Below, piece after piece: positions 1 through 9,259 of a stretch of DNA of 64,000 bases. The position numbers and the translations under genes are program-made. Origin of the DNA: an uncultured Methanomassiliicoccales archaeon (lineage in GTDB: Archaea > Thermoplasmatota > Thermoplasmata > Methanomassiliicoccales > UBA472); contig CAWDCQ010000048.1 in NCBI GenBank assembly GCA_963800775.1, positions 7,493 through 71,492 on the forward strand. The letters are read 5' to 3'. Numbering within the stretch: position 1 is the first letter of the stretch; every line of letters begins with the position of its first letter. The notes beneath the pieces are model-generated. The model worked only from the letters and a program-made list of their open reading frames with translations, did not search any database and had not been told where the DNA came from.

Positions 1-2
1 CG

Positions 3-866
3 GTCAAGCTCTGTCACTGGATGAAGGAGTCCATGCTTCACGGACGGCAGTGCTACAAGCAGGACTTCTACGGCATCAGATCGCACCGCTGCCTGCAGAT
101 GACCCCGGCGGTGAACGACTGCACCCACAACTGCCTCTTCTGCTGGCGGGTGCGTGGTTTCGAATCGACGGTCCATGAATGGAAGGAACCGGAGGAGATG
201 CTGGGTGCGCTCATAGAGCAGCAGCGCAAGCTGGTCTCCGGTTTCAAGGGCGACCCCCGCTGCACCAAGCAGATGTGGGACGAGTGCCGCGAGCCGAAGC
301 AGGTGGCCATATCGCTGGCCGGCGAGCCCACCATGTACCCTTATCTGAGCGATCTCATCGCCCTGTGCGAACGGAGGGGAATGACCACCTTCCTGGTGAC
401 CAACGGCACGTTCCCGGAGGTACTAGAGAAAATGGACTCCCTGCCCACCCAGCTCTATCTGACGGTGGCGGCGCCCAACGAGGAGCTGTACAAGAGGCTG
501 TGCGTGCCGCGCATTGAGGGCGGCTGGGACAAGCTGATGCGCACGCTGGAACTGTTCCCTTCGCTGGCCACGAGGACCGTGATCAGGCACACTCTGGTCA
601 AGGACTGGAACCTCGGCTGGGAGAAGGAGTACGCGAAGCTGGACGCCATCGCCGACCCTCTTTACGTGGAGCCCAAGGGATACGTCTTTGTGGGTGATTC
701 CCGGCGCCGGATGAGCATGGACAATATGCCCTCCATCGCCGACGTGATCCAGTTCGGGGAGAAGGTAGCGGAGGAACTGGGCATGTCCGTGGTCAGGAGG
801 AAGGACGAGAGCCGGGTTATCCTGCTAGGCGAGGAAGGCAAGGAAACGAAGATCCCCGGTCTCTGA
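3..866 (+). CDS. taw1: tRNA 4-demethylwyosine synthase Taw1/TYW1-type radical SAM enzyme (5' end off-window)
   Basis: ORF 21..866 stays open back to base 3 (VKLCHW...). Motifs SHRCLQMTP, CTHNCLFCWR (CxxxCxxC cluster), ISLAGEPTMYP, TTFLVTNG and YVEPKGY match archaeal Taw1 as I know it. Confidence 0.85.
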   Translation, partial: VKLCHWMKESMLHGRQCYKQDFYGIRSHRCLQMTPAVNDCTHNCLFCWRVRGFESTVHEWKEPEEMLGALIEQQRKLVSGFKGDPRCTKQMWDECREPKQVAISLAGEPTMYPYLSDLIALCERRGMTTFLVTNGTFPEVLEKMDSLPTQLYLTVAAPNEELYKRLCVPRIEGGWDKLMRTLELFPSLATRTVIRHTLVKDWNLGWEKEYAKLDAIADPLYVEPKGYVFVGDSRRRMSMDNMPSIADVIQFGEKVAEELGMSVVRRKDESRVILLGEEGKETKIPGL

Positions 867-1017
867 TCACCGCACGCTCTGGTCCGATCGTCCGCCACCA
901 CTTCCGGTTTATTATCCCGTCGGTATGGAAGGAGCTACCGTATGGGAATGATCGATGTGCCAGCCGGCGGAGGATGTTCGGCGTGCTTTATGACGATCTC
1001 GCACACCGCCGATCGCT

Positions 1018-1317
1018 TCATGCCTCGGTCAAGAACCCTTTCTCCAACAATCTCCTGACCATTGCTACCAGCTCACGCGAAGTTTCCTCGGCCAAGAACT
1101 CGTCCAGCGGGTCGTTCTTTTCTTCAAGGATCCCGGAATCGGACATCATGGTATCGATCACCTGTCTGACCGTCCTCTTGCCGTCCACCAGGGCCAGCAA
1201 GGGTACCACCGAGGGCTCGACCTCCAACATGTATCTGTTGTTCAGCTGAAGCAGGAACGACTTGTCCGGTACCTCGTACTGCCTGACTTCCACACCGGCG
1301 GAGGTCCTAAGTCTCAT
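1018..1317 (-). CDS. PqqD-like peptide-binding (RRE) protein
   Basis: 99-aa ORF from ATG 1317, which overlaps the upstream rSAM stop as ATGA (1314-1317). LLALVDGKRTVRQVIDTM and ELVAMVRRLLEKGFL resemble PqqD/RRE chaperones. The ORF-track version 1018..1440 adds an implausible N-terminus. Confidence 0.6.
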   Translation of the reverse strand: MRLRTSAGVEVRQYEVPDKSFLLQLNNRYMLEVEPSVVPLLALVDGKRTVRQVIDTMMSDSGILEEKNDPLDEFLAEETSRELVAMVRRLLEKGFLTEA

Positions 1318-2336
1318 GGCCAGGATGTCATTTTCTTCCATCTCATGGGGGTGATGCCCAGCTCCTGGATGCGGGAGATGGAGAACCCGATGCAGCCGCC
1401 CTGGCATATCTTGTCCTTGGCGTACTGGCACTTCGCGCATTCAGCAAGCGGGTAGACCTTGTGCTGGAATTGGTCAAAGGCATGATTGAAGAAATCGAAC
1501 GCCTCCTTGAAGGACCGGAAGTCGTCCATGTTCTTGTTGAACATGTTCGCCGTCCCGAAGCACCTCCACACCGAGAGGTCCGGTCCGATGTCCAGGGCCG
1601 GGAAGCACACGAAGTTGCGACGGGGGTCCAGCACTTCTTTCAGCATGAGCTCGCCCATCTGTTCCTTCGTGAACATGCATATCGGAACCGTGTTGTCGAG
1701 CTTGACGCAGACATCGGCGGCTTCCGCACGCTCCACGAATTTCATGATCATGGGGGCATATTCATGGTAGTCCTTCAGAGGAATGTGCGAATTCTTCGTC
1801 TGACCGACCACCACCGGCATAGAAAAGCTCAGCCTGAGGTTCTTTATGTTCTTCCTGGAGACGAGATCGAAGATGTACTCGTAGTTAGGGTCCTTCTCGA
1901 AGATATTGAAGCTCAGGGTCACATTTCCCCTTTCGCTCAAAGCCGAGAGGTTTCTCTCGATCCTCTCCCACTCCTTGTCCGAATATGTCCTCCTGCTGTC
2001 GATGTTCAGCAGGAACCCCAATTTTGTGGGGGATATCTTGGTGAACATATCGTTCTTCGAATCGTCCCACAGGGCATTGCTCAGGACGTTGAGGTTGAAG
2101 CCGCTGTCCAGCAAGGTCCTCAGGATCTCGTCGAACTCCGGGTGTACCGTGGGTTCCCCGCCGGCAAGCTGGATCGTGTCCGTCTCGCCCTTACCGAGGA
2201 ATTTGATGACCTTTTTCAGGTCCGGTAAGGTCATGTCCTTGTTCTTCTGCTGGTCCGAGTATGACCGTATCTTTTCCTTGGCAAAGCAGTAGCTGCAGGA
2301 TCGGTTACACCGCATGGTGATGAGTAGATTGACCAC
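1314..2336 (-). CDS. radical SAM enzyme with C-terminal SPASM-like auxiliary-cluster domain (peptide maturase type)
   Basis: 340 aa. It has an N-terminal CNRSCSYC (CxxxCxxC), a QLAGGEPTVHPEF motif, and a C-terminal Cys set CFPALDIGPDLSVWRC ... CAKCQYAKDKICQGGC. Confidence 0.85.
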   Translation of the reverse strand: MVNLLITMRCNRSCSYCFAKEKIRSYSDQQKNKDMTLPDLKKVIKFLGKGETDTIQLAGGEPTVHPEFDEILRTLLDSGFNLNVLSNALWDDSKNDMFTKISPTKLGFLLNIDSRRTYSDKEWERIERNLSALSERGNVTLSFNIFEKDPNYEYIFDLVSRKNIKNLRLSFSMPVVVGQTKNSHIPLKDYHEYAPMIMKFVERAEAADVCVKLDNTVPICMFTKEQMGELMLKEVLDPRRNFVCFPALDIGPDLSVWRCFGTANMFNKNMDDFRSFKEAFDFFNHAFDQFQHKVYPLAECAKCQYAKDKICQGGCIGFSISRIQELGITPMRWKKMTSWP

Positions 2337-2381
2337 GAATATTCCTCCGTAAAGAAAGGGAAAAAGGTTAAGGGAAGGGAT

Positions 2382-2747
2382 TTAGCGCGATCTTGTTCTC
2401 GCGGCTACCTGTTCTACTTCTCCCAGTCCCGCCACGCGGAAATCGGCTGGGTACCAGATCGGTCCAACCCTTAGGTAGGTCAGGACATGAGTTAACTCGC
2501 TTACCTTCCATCTCGAGAGGACCGTGTCGATCGGATAATATATCGGGCCCGGAGGTAGTCTGATATCGTTGAGGGAATCGATGAACATCGATGTCCTCTT
2601 GATCTTCTCAAGATGTTCGTTCGTTATTTCGAACCCATACTTCTCTCCCACGGCCTTCGGGTCCTTCAGGAACTCTTCCCTGAGGTCCCGGTTCCTCGAT
2701 GCCTTCAGGAGAAAATCTCTCATTTTGTTCTCTCTTTCTTCTGCCAT
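2382..2747 (-). CDS. putative RiPP precursor with NHLP/Nif11-like leader and duplicated GPI[YW]YP[IA]D core motif
   Basis: ATG 2747 follows AAGGTGA at about 6 nt (the ORF track starts at GTG 2756). The N-terminal RDFLLKASRNRDLREEFLKDPKAVGEKYGFEITNEHL looks leader-like. The C-terminal half is Cys-free and carries GPIYYPID and GPIWYPAD. Confidence 0.5.
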   Translation of the reverse strand: MAEERENKMRDFLLKASRNRDLREEFLKDPKAVGEKYGFEITNEHLEKIKRTSMFIDSLNDIRLPPGPIYYPIDTVLSRWKVSELTHVLTYLRVGPIWYPADFRVAGLGEVEQVAARTRSR

Positions 2748-3161
2748 TTTTGTCACCTTACTGCAACATGACGATATCCATCGCCACTGCCAGATTGTTT
2801 TGAGTGGCGGCTATTTTAAACAATACGAGGATTCGAATATTTGACAACAGAATCGAAAAAATAAGAATCAGAAAATCTTTTAATACCGCAAGGCCCAAGA
2901 ATTTTGAATCCTGATCCTATCTCCTAACAGATGAAGTCGATCCCGAATCAAATATCCTGACGTTGCTGGACAAATGACACTGGGGCGCGAGATCGATGCC
3001 CTTTGATCATTTCCTGCCAAATGCCCGAGGTCTCCGTTCGCTTCTTTAAGGTCCGAAAGATACAAACCGGAGATGGGATCGACAGGTCCTCCGGGAATTC
3101 ATAAGAACTATCGTGCCACCCGGATTGGTCTAAATAATGCACGGTGCGCTTATCTCAATCC

Positions 3162-3584
3162 ATGACCGAGGATAGGAAGCGCTGCGAGAACTGTTGGGTG
3201 ATGGTCGGGATGGAGGTGGACGTCTGCCCTAACTGCAGTCATCCCTTTCCGCCCGAGGAACCGGCGGGCGGGCCGGTTCAGGAGGTTAAGAAGAAGGAGC
3301 CGCTGCCGATGAAGATCAGACCACTGGTCGGGCGGCCCTTCAGGTTCATCACGCTGTCATTGCTGTCGTTCATCGCCATACTGACGTTCATGAACGCCGA
3401 GGGGCTTAAACTGAGCGGCCTGAACAACGGAAACTACATCCCGCTGGACCTGGTGGGGCTGATCCCGGCATCAATGCTCCTGGCAGCTATCCTTTCTTAC
3501 ATCGACTACCGGAATCCGATGATTGAACGCCAAACGTCCAGCCCCAGCATCGGGGCCGGATTACTTCATCCGGATGGTCTCTAG
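3162..3584 (+). CDS. zinc-ribbon membrane protein (hypothetical)
   Basis: CENC...CPNC ribbon followed by hydrophobic helices ([35 protein letters not shown]). ATG 3162 is preferred to GTG 3144. The 3' end overlaps the convergent aCPSF1. Confidence 0.5.
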   Translation: MTEDRKRCENCWVMVGMEVDVCPNCSHPFPPEEPAGGPVQEVKKKEPLPMKIRPLVGRPFRFITLSLLSFIAILTFMNAEGLKLSGLNNGNYIPLDLVGLIPASMLLAAILSYIDYRNPMIERQTSSPSIGAGLLHPDGL

Positions 3585-5472
3585 GTTCATCGGGGGCGCG
3601 CGTCGCCACGTTGAACTTCTGTACAGCGCCGATGCCAGGTCCGAGGCACTTGGACTCTTCCCCGTGGCCGATGATGATGCGTTCCGGCTTGGGCTCGAGG
3701 GTGGCGATGTAGTTGATGAGCTGGCGCCGGTCCGAGTGGCCGGAGAACCCGTCGATCGTCTCCGAGTCCATCTTCTGCGAACCGACCGAGTGATCGGCTT
3801 CCCCTTCTCCATCATGGTCGAGGTCCTTGACCCCTCTCTGGATTTATGCCGATGGTCCCTTCGGCCTGATAGCCGACGAACACCAGGGTGGAGTTCGGGT
3901 CGTCCGCCCAGTTCTTGACCGTACTCGAGGACCGGGTCCGCCGTTCATCATGCCGCCGGTGGCGAGCACGATGCACGGGTCCGGGTCGTGCAGTATCTTC
4001 TCGCGCATGTCCTGCGAGTCGACCCGCTTGAATATGTCGGAAAGGAACGGGTTCTGGTTCATCTGGAAAATCTGGGTGCGCAGCTGCGAGTTCAGGAACT
4101 CCGGGTAGGCGGTGTGGATCGCCTCGCTTCCCAGATCATTCTGTTCAGGTAGACCGGGAGCTTATCGATCTTGCCGGTGCGGACCAGTTCCTCCACCACC
4201 AGCATGACTTCCTGGGAACGGCCGACGGCGAACACCGGCACGACGACCTTGCCTTTGCGGTCCAGGGTCCGGACGATGATGTCCCGGAGCTGGGTGGATG
4301 CCTCGACCCGGCTCGGCTGGATGTCGTGATAGCCGCCGTAGGTGGATTCGATGATCAGCGTCTCCAGGCGGGGGAACTTGTTCACCGTGGCGTTGAACAG
4401 CCAGGTGCGCTCGAATTTCATATCTCCAGTGAAGGCGATGTTGTACAGCCCGTCCCCAATGTGGAAGTGGCAGACGGCGCTGCCCAGGATGTGCCCGGCG
4501 TTCTGGAACGTGAGCCGGATGTCCGGGGCCACGTCGGTCGTCTCGCCGTACTTGAGCGGGATGCAGTGCTTGACCACGTCCCTCACCTGGGCGGACTCGT
4601 AGGGGCTCTTCTTGCCTTCCGAGTTTGCGACCTTGATGTAGTCCAGCTGCAGCAGGGACATCAGGTCCCTGGTGGGGGCGGTGCAATAGACCGGTCCGTC
4701 GTAGCCGTACTTGTACAGCGCCGGCAGGAGTCCGCAGTGGTCCAGGTGAGCGTGCGTAATGACGACGCAGTCGATCTGGTCCAGCGGCTGGATCTCCGGG
4801 GCGCTGAAATACGGCGTGGCGCCGTCCGCACCCACGTCCAGACCGCAATCGATTAGGTCTGGAGTCCCTGGTGGACAGAAGCGAGGCCGAACGTCCCACC
4901 TCACGGAACCCGCCCAGCGCGGTCAGGCGTATCCATGACTCGCCCTCGTACTTTTGCCGGGCCAGTTTCCGCCCGGTCTTGCGCAGGAAGTCCTTCCTTT
5001 CGGTCTGGATGTGGCGCAGGTAGGAGCGTATCTCGGACACCGTCTTGGACGGGATCGGCGGCGCGCGCACTACCTTGGGAGCCCAACCGACCTCTTTCTT
5101 GATCTCGTTGAGCACCGCGCCCTGCTTTCCGATGACCAGTCCGGGAGCGATCGCCTCGATCGTCACCTCGCCGGTCTCCGGTTCAAAGAATATGTCGGTG
5201 ATCTGCGCCTCTTCCGGAATGATCTCCCGGATCCGCTTCTCCACTACGTCCGGATCGGCCAGCAATGACGCGTCCGGCCTGATTGCGACCCGTCGCCGGA
5301 GGCCTTGGGCCAGCTGGCGCACGATGTCATTGTTGGAGGCGAATGCGTCCATGTCCTTGGTGTAGATGACCACTACCGGGCCCTCGAAGTCGATCGAGGT
5401 GATATTGATGTGAGAAGGTACTATCTTGCGTACCTGTTCTCGGGCATCTTCCAGAATTCTCTCAGCGCTCAT
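3561..5472 (-). pseudogene. aCPSF1 (KH + metallo-beta-lactamase/beta-CASP RNase), reading frame broken at least 6 times
   Basis: Fragments 4162..5508, 4092..4904, 3844..4062, 3487..3771 and 3561..3815 together spell one protein. It has KH (VIGKQGAVLNEIKKEVGW), [36 protein letters not shown] and a C-terminal NLETIRMK. Confidence 0.85.
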
Positions 5473-5533
5473 GAAATCAACTTTGTCTGGTATTAACAGT
5501 TTTAACAATCAGGAATGAGTTTGGAAAAAGGGT

Positions 5534-6187
5534 TTAGTTCGGCTTGGGCACGACAATGCCCATGCGCGAAGCCCGCTTCGAGATCTCCTCATCGGAGACC
5601 TCCACGTACCCGTCCTTGGTTATGGTTATGATCGCCATACCATCACCGCTTGCCGAGTCCCGCTTCATAGCGGCGTTCAGGGCGCGGATGGCCAGGTCGA
5701 TGGCGTCGGTCAGGGGCAGGTCCTTCTTGTAGTGGTCCTCGAGGACACCGTACGCGTACGGCGAGCCGGAGCCCACCGAGATGTAGTTGTCCGGGATGGA
5801 GCCGCCTGCGGCGTCCAGGGAGTACACGTGTCCTCCCTCGCTGTCGTGTCCGCCGATGATCAGCCCGACATAGAAGAAGCCCTGGGAACCCCCGCCTCTC
5901 CTGAGGATGTTGGACATCAGCGTGGCCGCTGCCTTAACTGACATCGGGGCCTGGCGTCTGAGCTTGTACAGCTCAACCTCTGCCTTGACGAAGCGGGCGA
6001 GCACCTGTGCGTCGCCTACCAGTCCGGCCGTGGTGAGTCCGAGGTTATCATCGATCTTGAAAACTTTCTGTGTTTCCTTGTGAGCGATAAAGTTACCCAT
6101 TGTCGCGCGGTGCTCCGAAGCTAGCACTACTCCGTCACTGTTGACGATTCCTATGGTGGTCGTACCCGTCTTTGTAGCCTCTACCAT
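5534..6187 (-). CDS. psmB: proteasome subunit beta
   Basis: Short propeptide MVEATKTG followed by the catalytic [19 protein letters not shown] and GSGSPYAYG are typical of archaeal PsmB. Confidence 0.9.
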   Translation of the reverse strand: MVEATKTGTTTIGIVNSDGVVLASEHRATMGNFIAHKETQKVFKIDDNLGLTTAGLVGDAQVLARFVKAEVELYKLRRQAPMSVKAAATLMSNILRRGGGSQGFFYVGLIIGGHDSEGGHVYSLDAAGGSIPDNYISVGSGSPYAYGVLEDHYKKDLPLTDAIDLAIRALNAAMKRDSASGDGMAIITITKDGYVEVSDEEISKRASRMGIVVPKPN

Positions 6188-6308
6188 ACATTACACCTTC
6201 CAGAATTGGTAAAAGGATGAACAGACAAATTCTGTCACGACTCCAATTGGGACTTCTCTATATATAGATTTTGCCAAATGGCTCGGTCATGTAGCGTCCC
6301 AGGTCGGC

Positions 6309-6924
6309 TCAGCTCTTGCCGCTGGGCCCAGTCTCAGGCTTCTTTCCCTTGGCTTTTCCTTCATCCACATCAAGGTATCTCGCCGCGAACTCGCACAGGA
6401 GCAGGGCGGCTGCGATGCCGCCAATGATGCCGGTCACCAGCCTGAGCGTGTTATTGGACTGATAGCTTGACACCGACTGGAGCCCACCGTCCAGGAGGAT
6501 CGGGATAAGGCCCAGGGCGAGCAGGTACGGGTTGACCCGCCTGACGTACAGCACACCGATCAAGCATCCCAGTAAGCAGGCCGATGGAGAGGCCGATGTC
6601 CCGCGAGCAGACCGGGAGCTCGTTGCCGTTGAGGTAGAAGGACCGCGCGGCGATCTGGTGGCATTCGATGTCGCCCATGGTGTAGACCACGTCGGCGAAC
6701 GGGTTCATCCTGGCCTCCTGGGCAGGATTGTCCAGCCGGCCCACTGCACCGGAAAGGTCCTTGACGCTGCCCGTGGGCAGCGTCAGCGGGGCGATAAGCA
6801 GGACCGCCAACCAGGCCACGAATATGGCCAATACCGTCAGCTTCCACTTCTGGAACGGGGTCCTGTGCTTGCTCATGCGTTCCCAAGCAGTCGCTCCCGG
6901 GTAGATAATGTTTCTGAATTTCAT
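6309..6924 (-). pseudogene. DUF2085-type membrane protein, one frame break near 6560
   Basis: ORFs 6451..7044 and 6309..6563 join into one protein. The signature is CHQIAARSFYLNGNELPVCSRDIGLSIG followed by TM helices. Confidence 0.5.
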
Positions 6925-7071
6925 GAGCTCCAGCACGGGGGCCGACCGGGCGGAAGTAACCCTGGCCCGGGCAGGTCGATGTCTACGGATACCGCCCCGC
7001 CGAAACATCCCGGGGCGTTCGCGATTGAAAAAAGCAATGTTCATCTAGCTCTAGGGATTTAACCATCCATC

Positions 7072-7510
7072 ATGACCGAATTGCCAGAAGAACTGGTCCC
7101 GCTGAAGCGATTCCATGGCCACCTGGGGCCGTACGTGGTCATCGGATACCGGATGGGCAGGCTGGCCCGGGAAAGGTTCGATGGCAAGATGACGGCGGTC
7201 GTCTTCGCCGGGAGGCATCCGCCCATGTCCTGTCTGATCGACGGGGTGCAGTTCACCACCGGATGCACCTTGGGGAAGAACAACATCGTGGTCCGGGAAG
7301 GGCAACGTTCCGGCGGTCCATTTCATCGACTCGAAGAAGACCCTGGAGGTCCGGCTGCTCGATTCCGAGCGGGTCCGAATTGACGGCACCATGACCAAGC
7401 ACAACGAGGAACAGCTTTCCGTCGACATCCTGAACGCCGACGAGAAGGACATTTTTTGGGTCACAGAAGTTGGGTCAGGCCTCCCCGAGCGGCTAGTGAA
7501 ACTGAAATGA
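7072..7510 (+). pseudogene. FmdE-domain protein, one frame break near 7310
   Basis: FHGHLGPYVVIGYRMG and CLIDGVQFTTGCTLGKNN are present. After about 7310 the sense continues in another frame (NVPAVHFIDSKKTLEVRLLD...IFWV) to TGA 7508-7510. Confidence 0.55.
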
Positions 7511-9211
7511 ACACGATCAGCGCCACCGGCGCCTTGGTGAAGAACCGGTAGGCGACCTCGGTCCAGCTCTTTCCGCCCAGCAGGAACACGGTGAAGAAAG
7601 AGACGATGAACGTCAGCTCGACCACGTAGATGCCGCCTATCAGAGTCATGTTCTGCACCGAACCGGAACCGGGAGAGACCGTCCCGACCAGGGCGAACAG
7701 GCTGCCGGTGATGCCCAGCACGATCGGTGCGAAGATGGCGCTGGTGGATGACATCATATCGACCACGCTCTGCAGCTTCTCCCGGACCTTGGACTGGCAG
7801 GAGCGCAGGTCGGAAAGGTACTGGGCCAGATTGAGCGCCACCTTGCCCGCGGCCTCCGGATCGGAAGCGGCGCATTCGGCGACCGTGAGCAGCGCATCCC
7901 TCACCAAGGGGGACATCCTTTGCAGGATCGCCTCCTCGGCGATGATGGAGCGGAGGTCCCGTCTGCTGGTCAGCGACCGGTAGATGGCCTTCCGGGCGAA
8001 CTCCCCGAACGGTGAAACCGAGCGGGTGCGGGCCACCTCCTCGAAGGCCAGGTCGAAGCTGGCCCCGGTCGTCATCCGGTTGCCGATCTGGTACAGGGCG
8101 TTGACGAAGTCCTTCTCCTCGGCCGGGACCTTCAGGGCGGCAGCGTGGACCTTCCGGTAACGACAGTAGAAATAGGCCGAAGGCACGCACACCCCTATGA
8201 TCAGCACCAGCTCCGGGAACGAACCGCCCAGAATGAGGGACAGGAAGACCATCGTTGCAACGTAGAGGGCGATCGTGGCCAAGGACCTCCGGTCCAGGGG
8301 AATGACCGGCCGGCCGACGGACTGAAGCGGGTTCCGGGACAGGGTGGAACGGGCATAGAGGAACGAAGCGGATGGGAACACGAGCAATAGCAGCAGTGCC
8401 AGCTCGAGGTCCGAAACGACCGGTCCGGCCTTCGCCCCCGTGCTCACCGACGAAACGCTGCCCAACGTCAGCAGCGGCACCAGCGAGAACATCATCACCG
8501 GCAGCAGGATGCCGAACGCGAAGAACACCATGGTGGGCAGCGAGAGCGAGGCCACATAGCGTTCGACCCGGTCCTTGACGCCGTCTATGACCAACGTATT
8601 CGCCTTGTCCAGCAGCCGGTCCATGCCTTCCCTGGTGGACTCATGAGTGGCGGAGATGAACAGGTGTATCGATTGACGCAGGCTCTCGTTCTCCTCGTCC
8701 AGGGTGGAGGCGAACTCCATCATGGAGGCGGGCAGGTCGGAAGATACCCGGGTCAGGACCTGCCACAGGATCGTCCGCAGCCGGAGGTTGAGCGGACCTT
8801 CCCCGCACTGGGAGGCGAACGCCACCGCCCGGTCCAGGGAGGGTTGGAGCTGCATGCTCATGGACATCGCCCCGATCACGGTGGGGGATTCGCGCAGCAT
8901 GTCCAGCCCTTCCCTTTGATGGATGCGGCGGGAGATCCGGTAGATCGGGAAGGCAGGATGACCAGGATTAGCAGGGTCGGCACCAGAAGATACGCCAGTA
9001 CCTGGATGCCGAGAAGCACGGAGGAGAGCACGACGACGGCGGCACCGATGGCCGCAACGGTAAGGAAGACCGAGTACGCCCTGCTCCGGAGCGATCCTTC
9101 GGTCACCCCGTTCCTCTTCATCCATTCCAGGTGGGCCGCGGTCCGCTTGCTCTTGAACGCCGACACGAACCAGTCGGGAGCTTTGCGTCCGGCGACGAAC
9201 GGGGAAGGCAT
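7461..9211 (-). pseudogene. FlaJ/TadC-like polytopic platform protein of an archaeal type IV pilus/archaellum-like machine, frame break near 8930
   Basis: The N-terminal piece is ORF 8876..9211 and the remainder is in 7461..9218. It shows two GspF-like repeats separated by TM blocks (VFFAFGILLPVMMFSLVPLL, AIFAPIVLGITGSLFALV). Confidence 0.7.
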
Positions 9212-9259
9212 CTCGCATCCCCCCGGGAGACCATCAGGGAGAAGTCCCGGACGATGGCG

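Noticed and set aside
1461-2228. 255-aa plus-strand ORF opposite the radical SAM gene. Similar long antisense ORFs occur at 7051..8190, 9131..10600, 37954..38679, 42089..43087 and 47204..47848.
   Set aside because: Their composition is Arg/Gly/Pro/His-rich and they have no motifs. They lie exactly antisense to, or out of frame within, well-supported genes, the usual shadow ORFs in GC-rich coding DNA.
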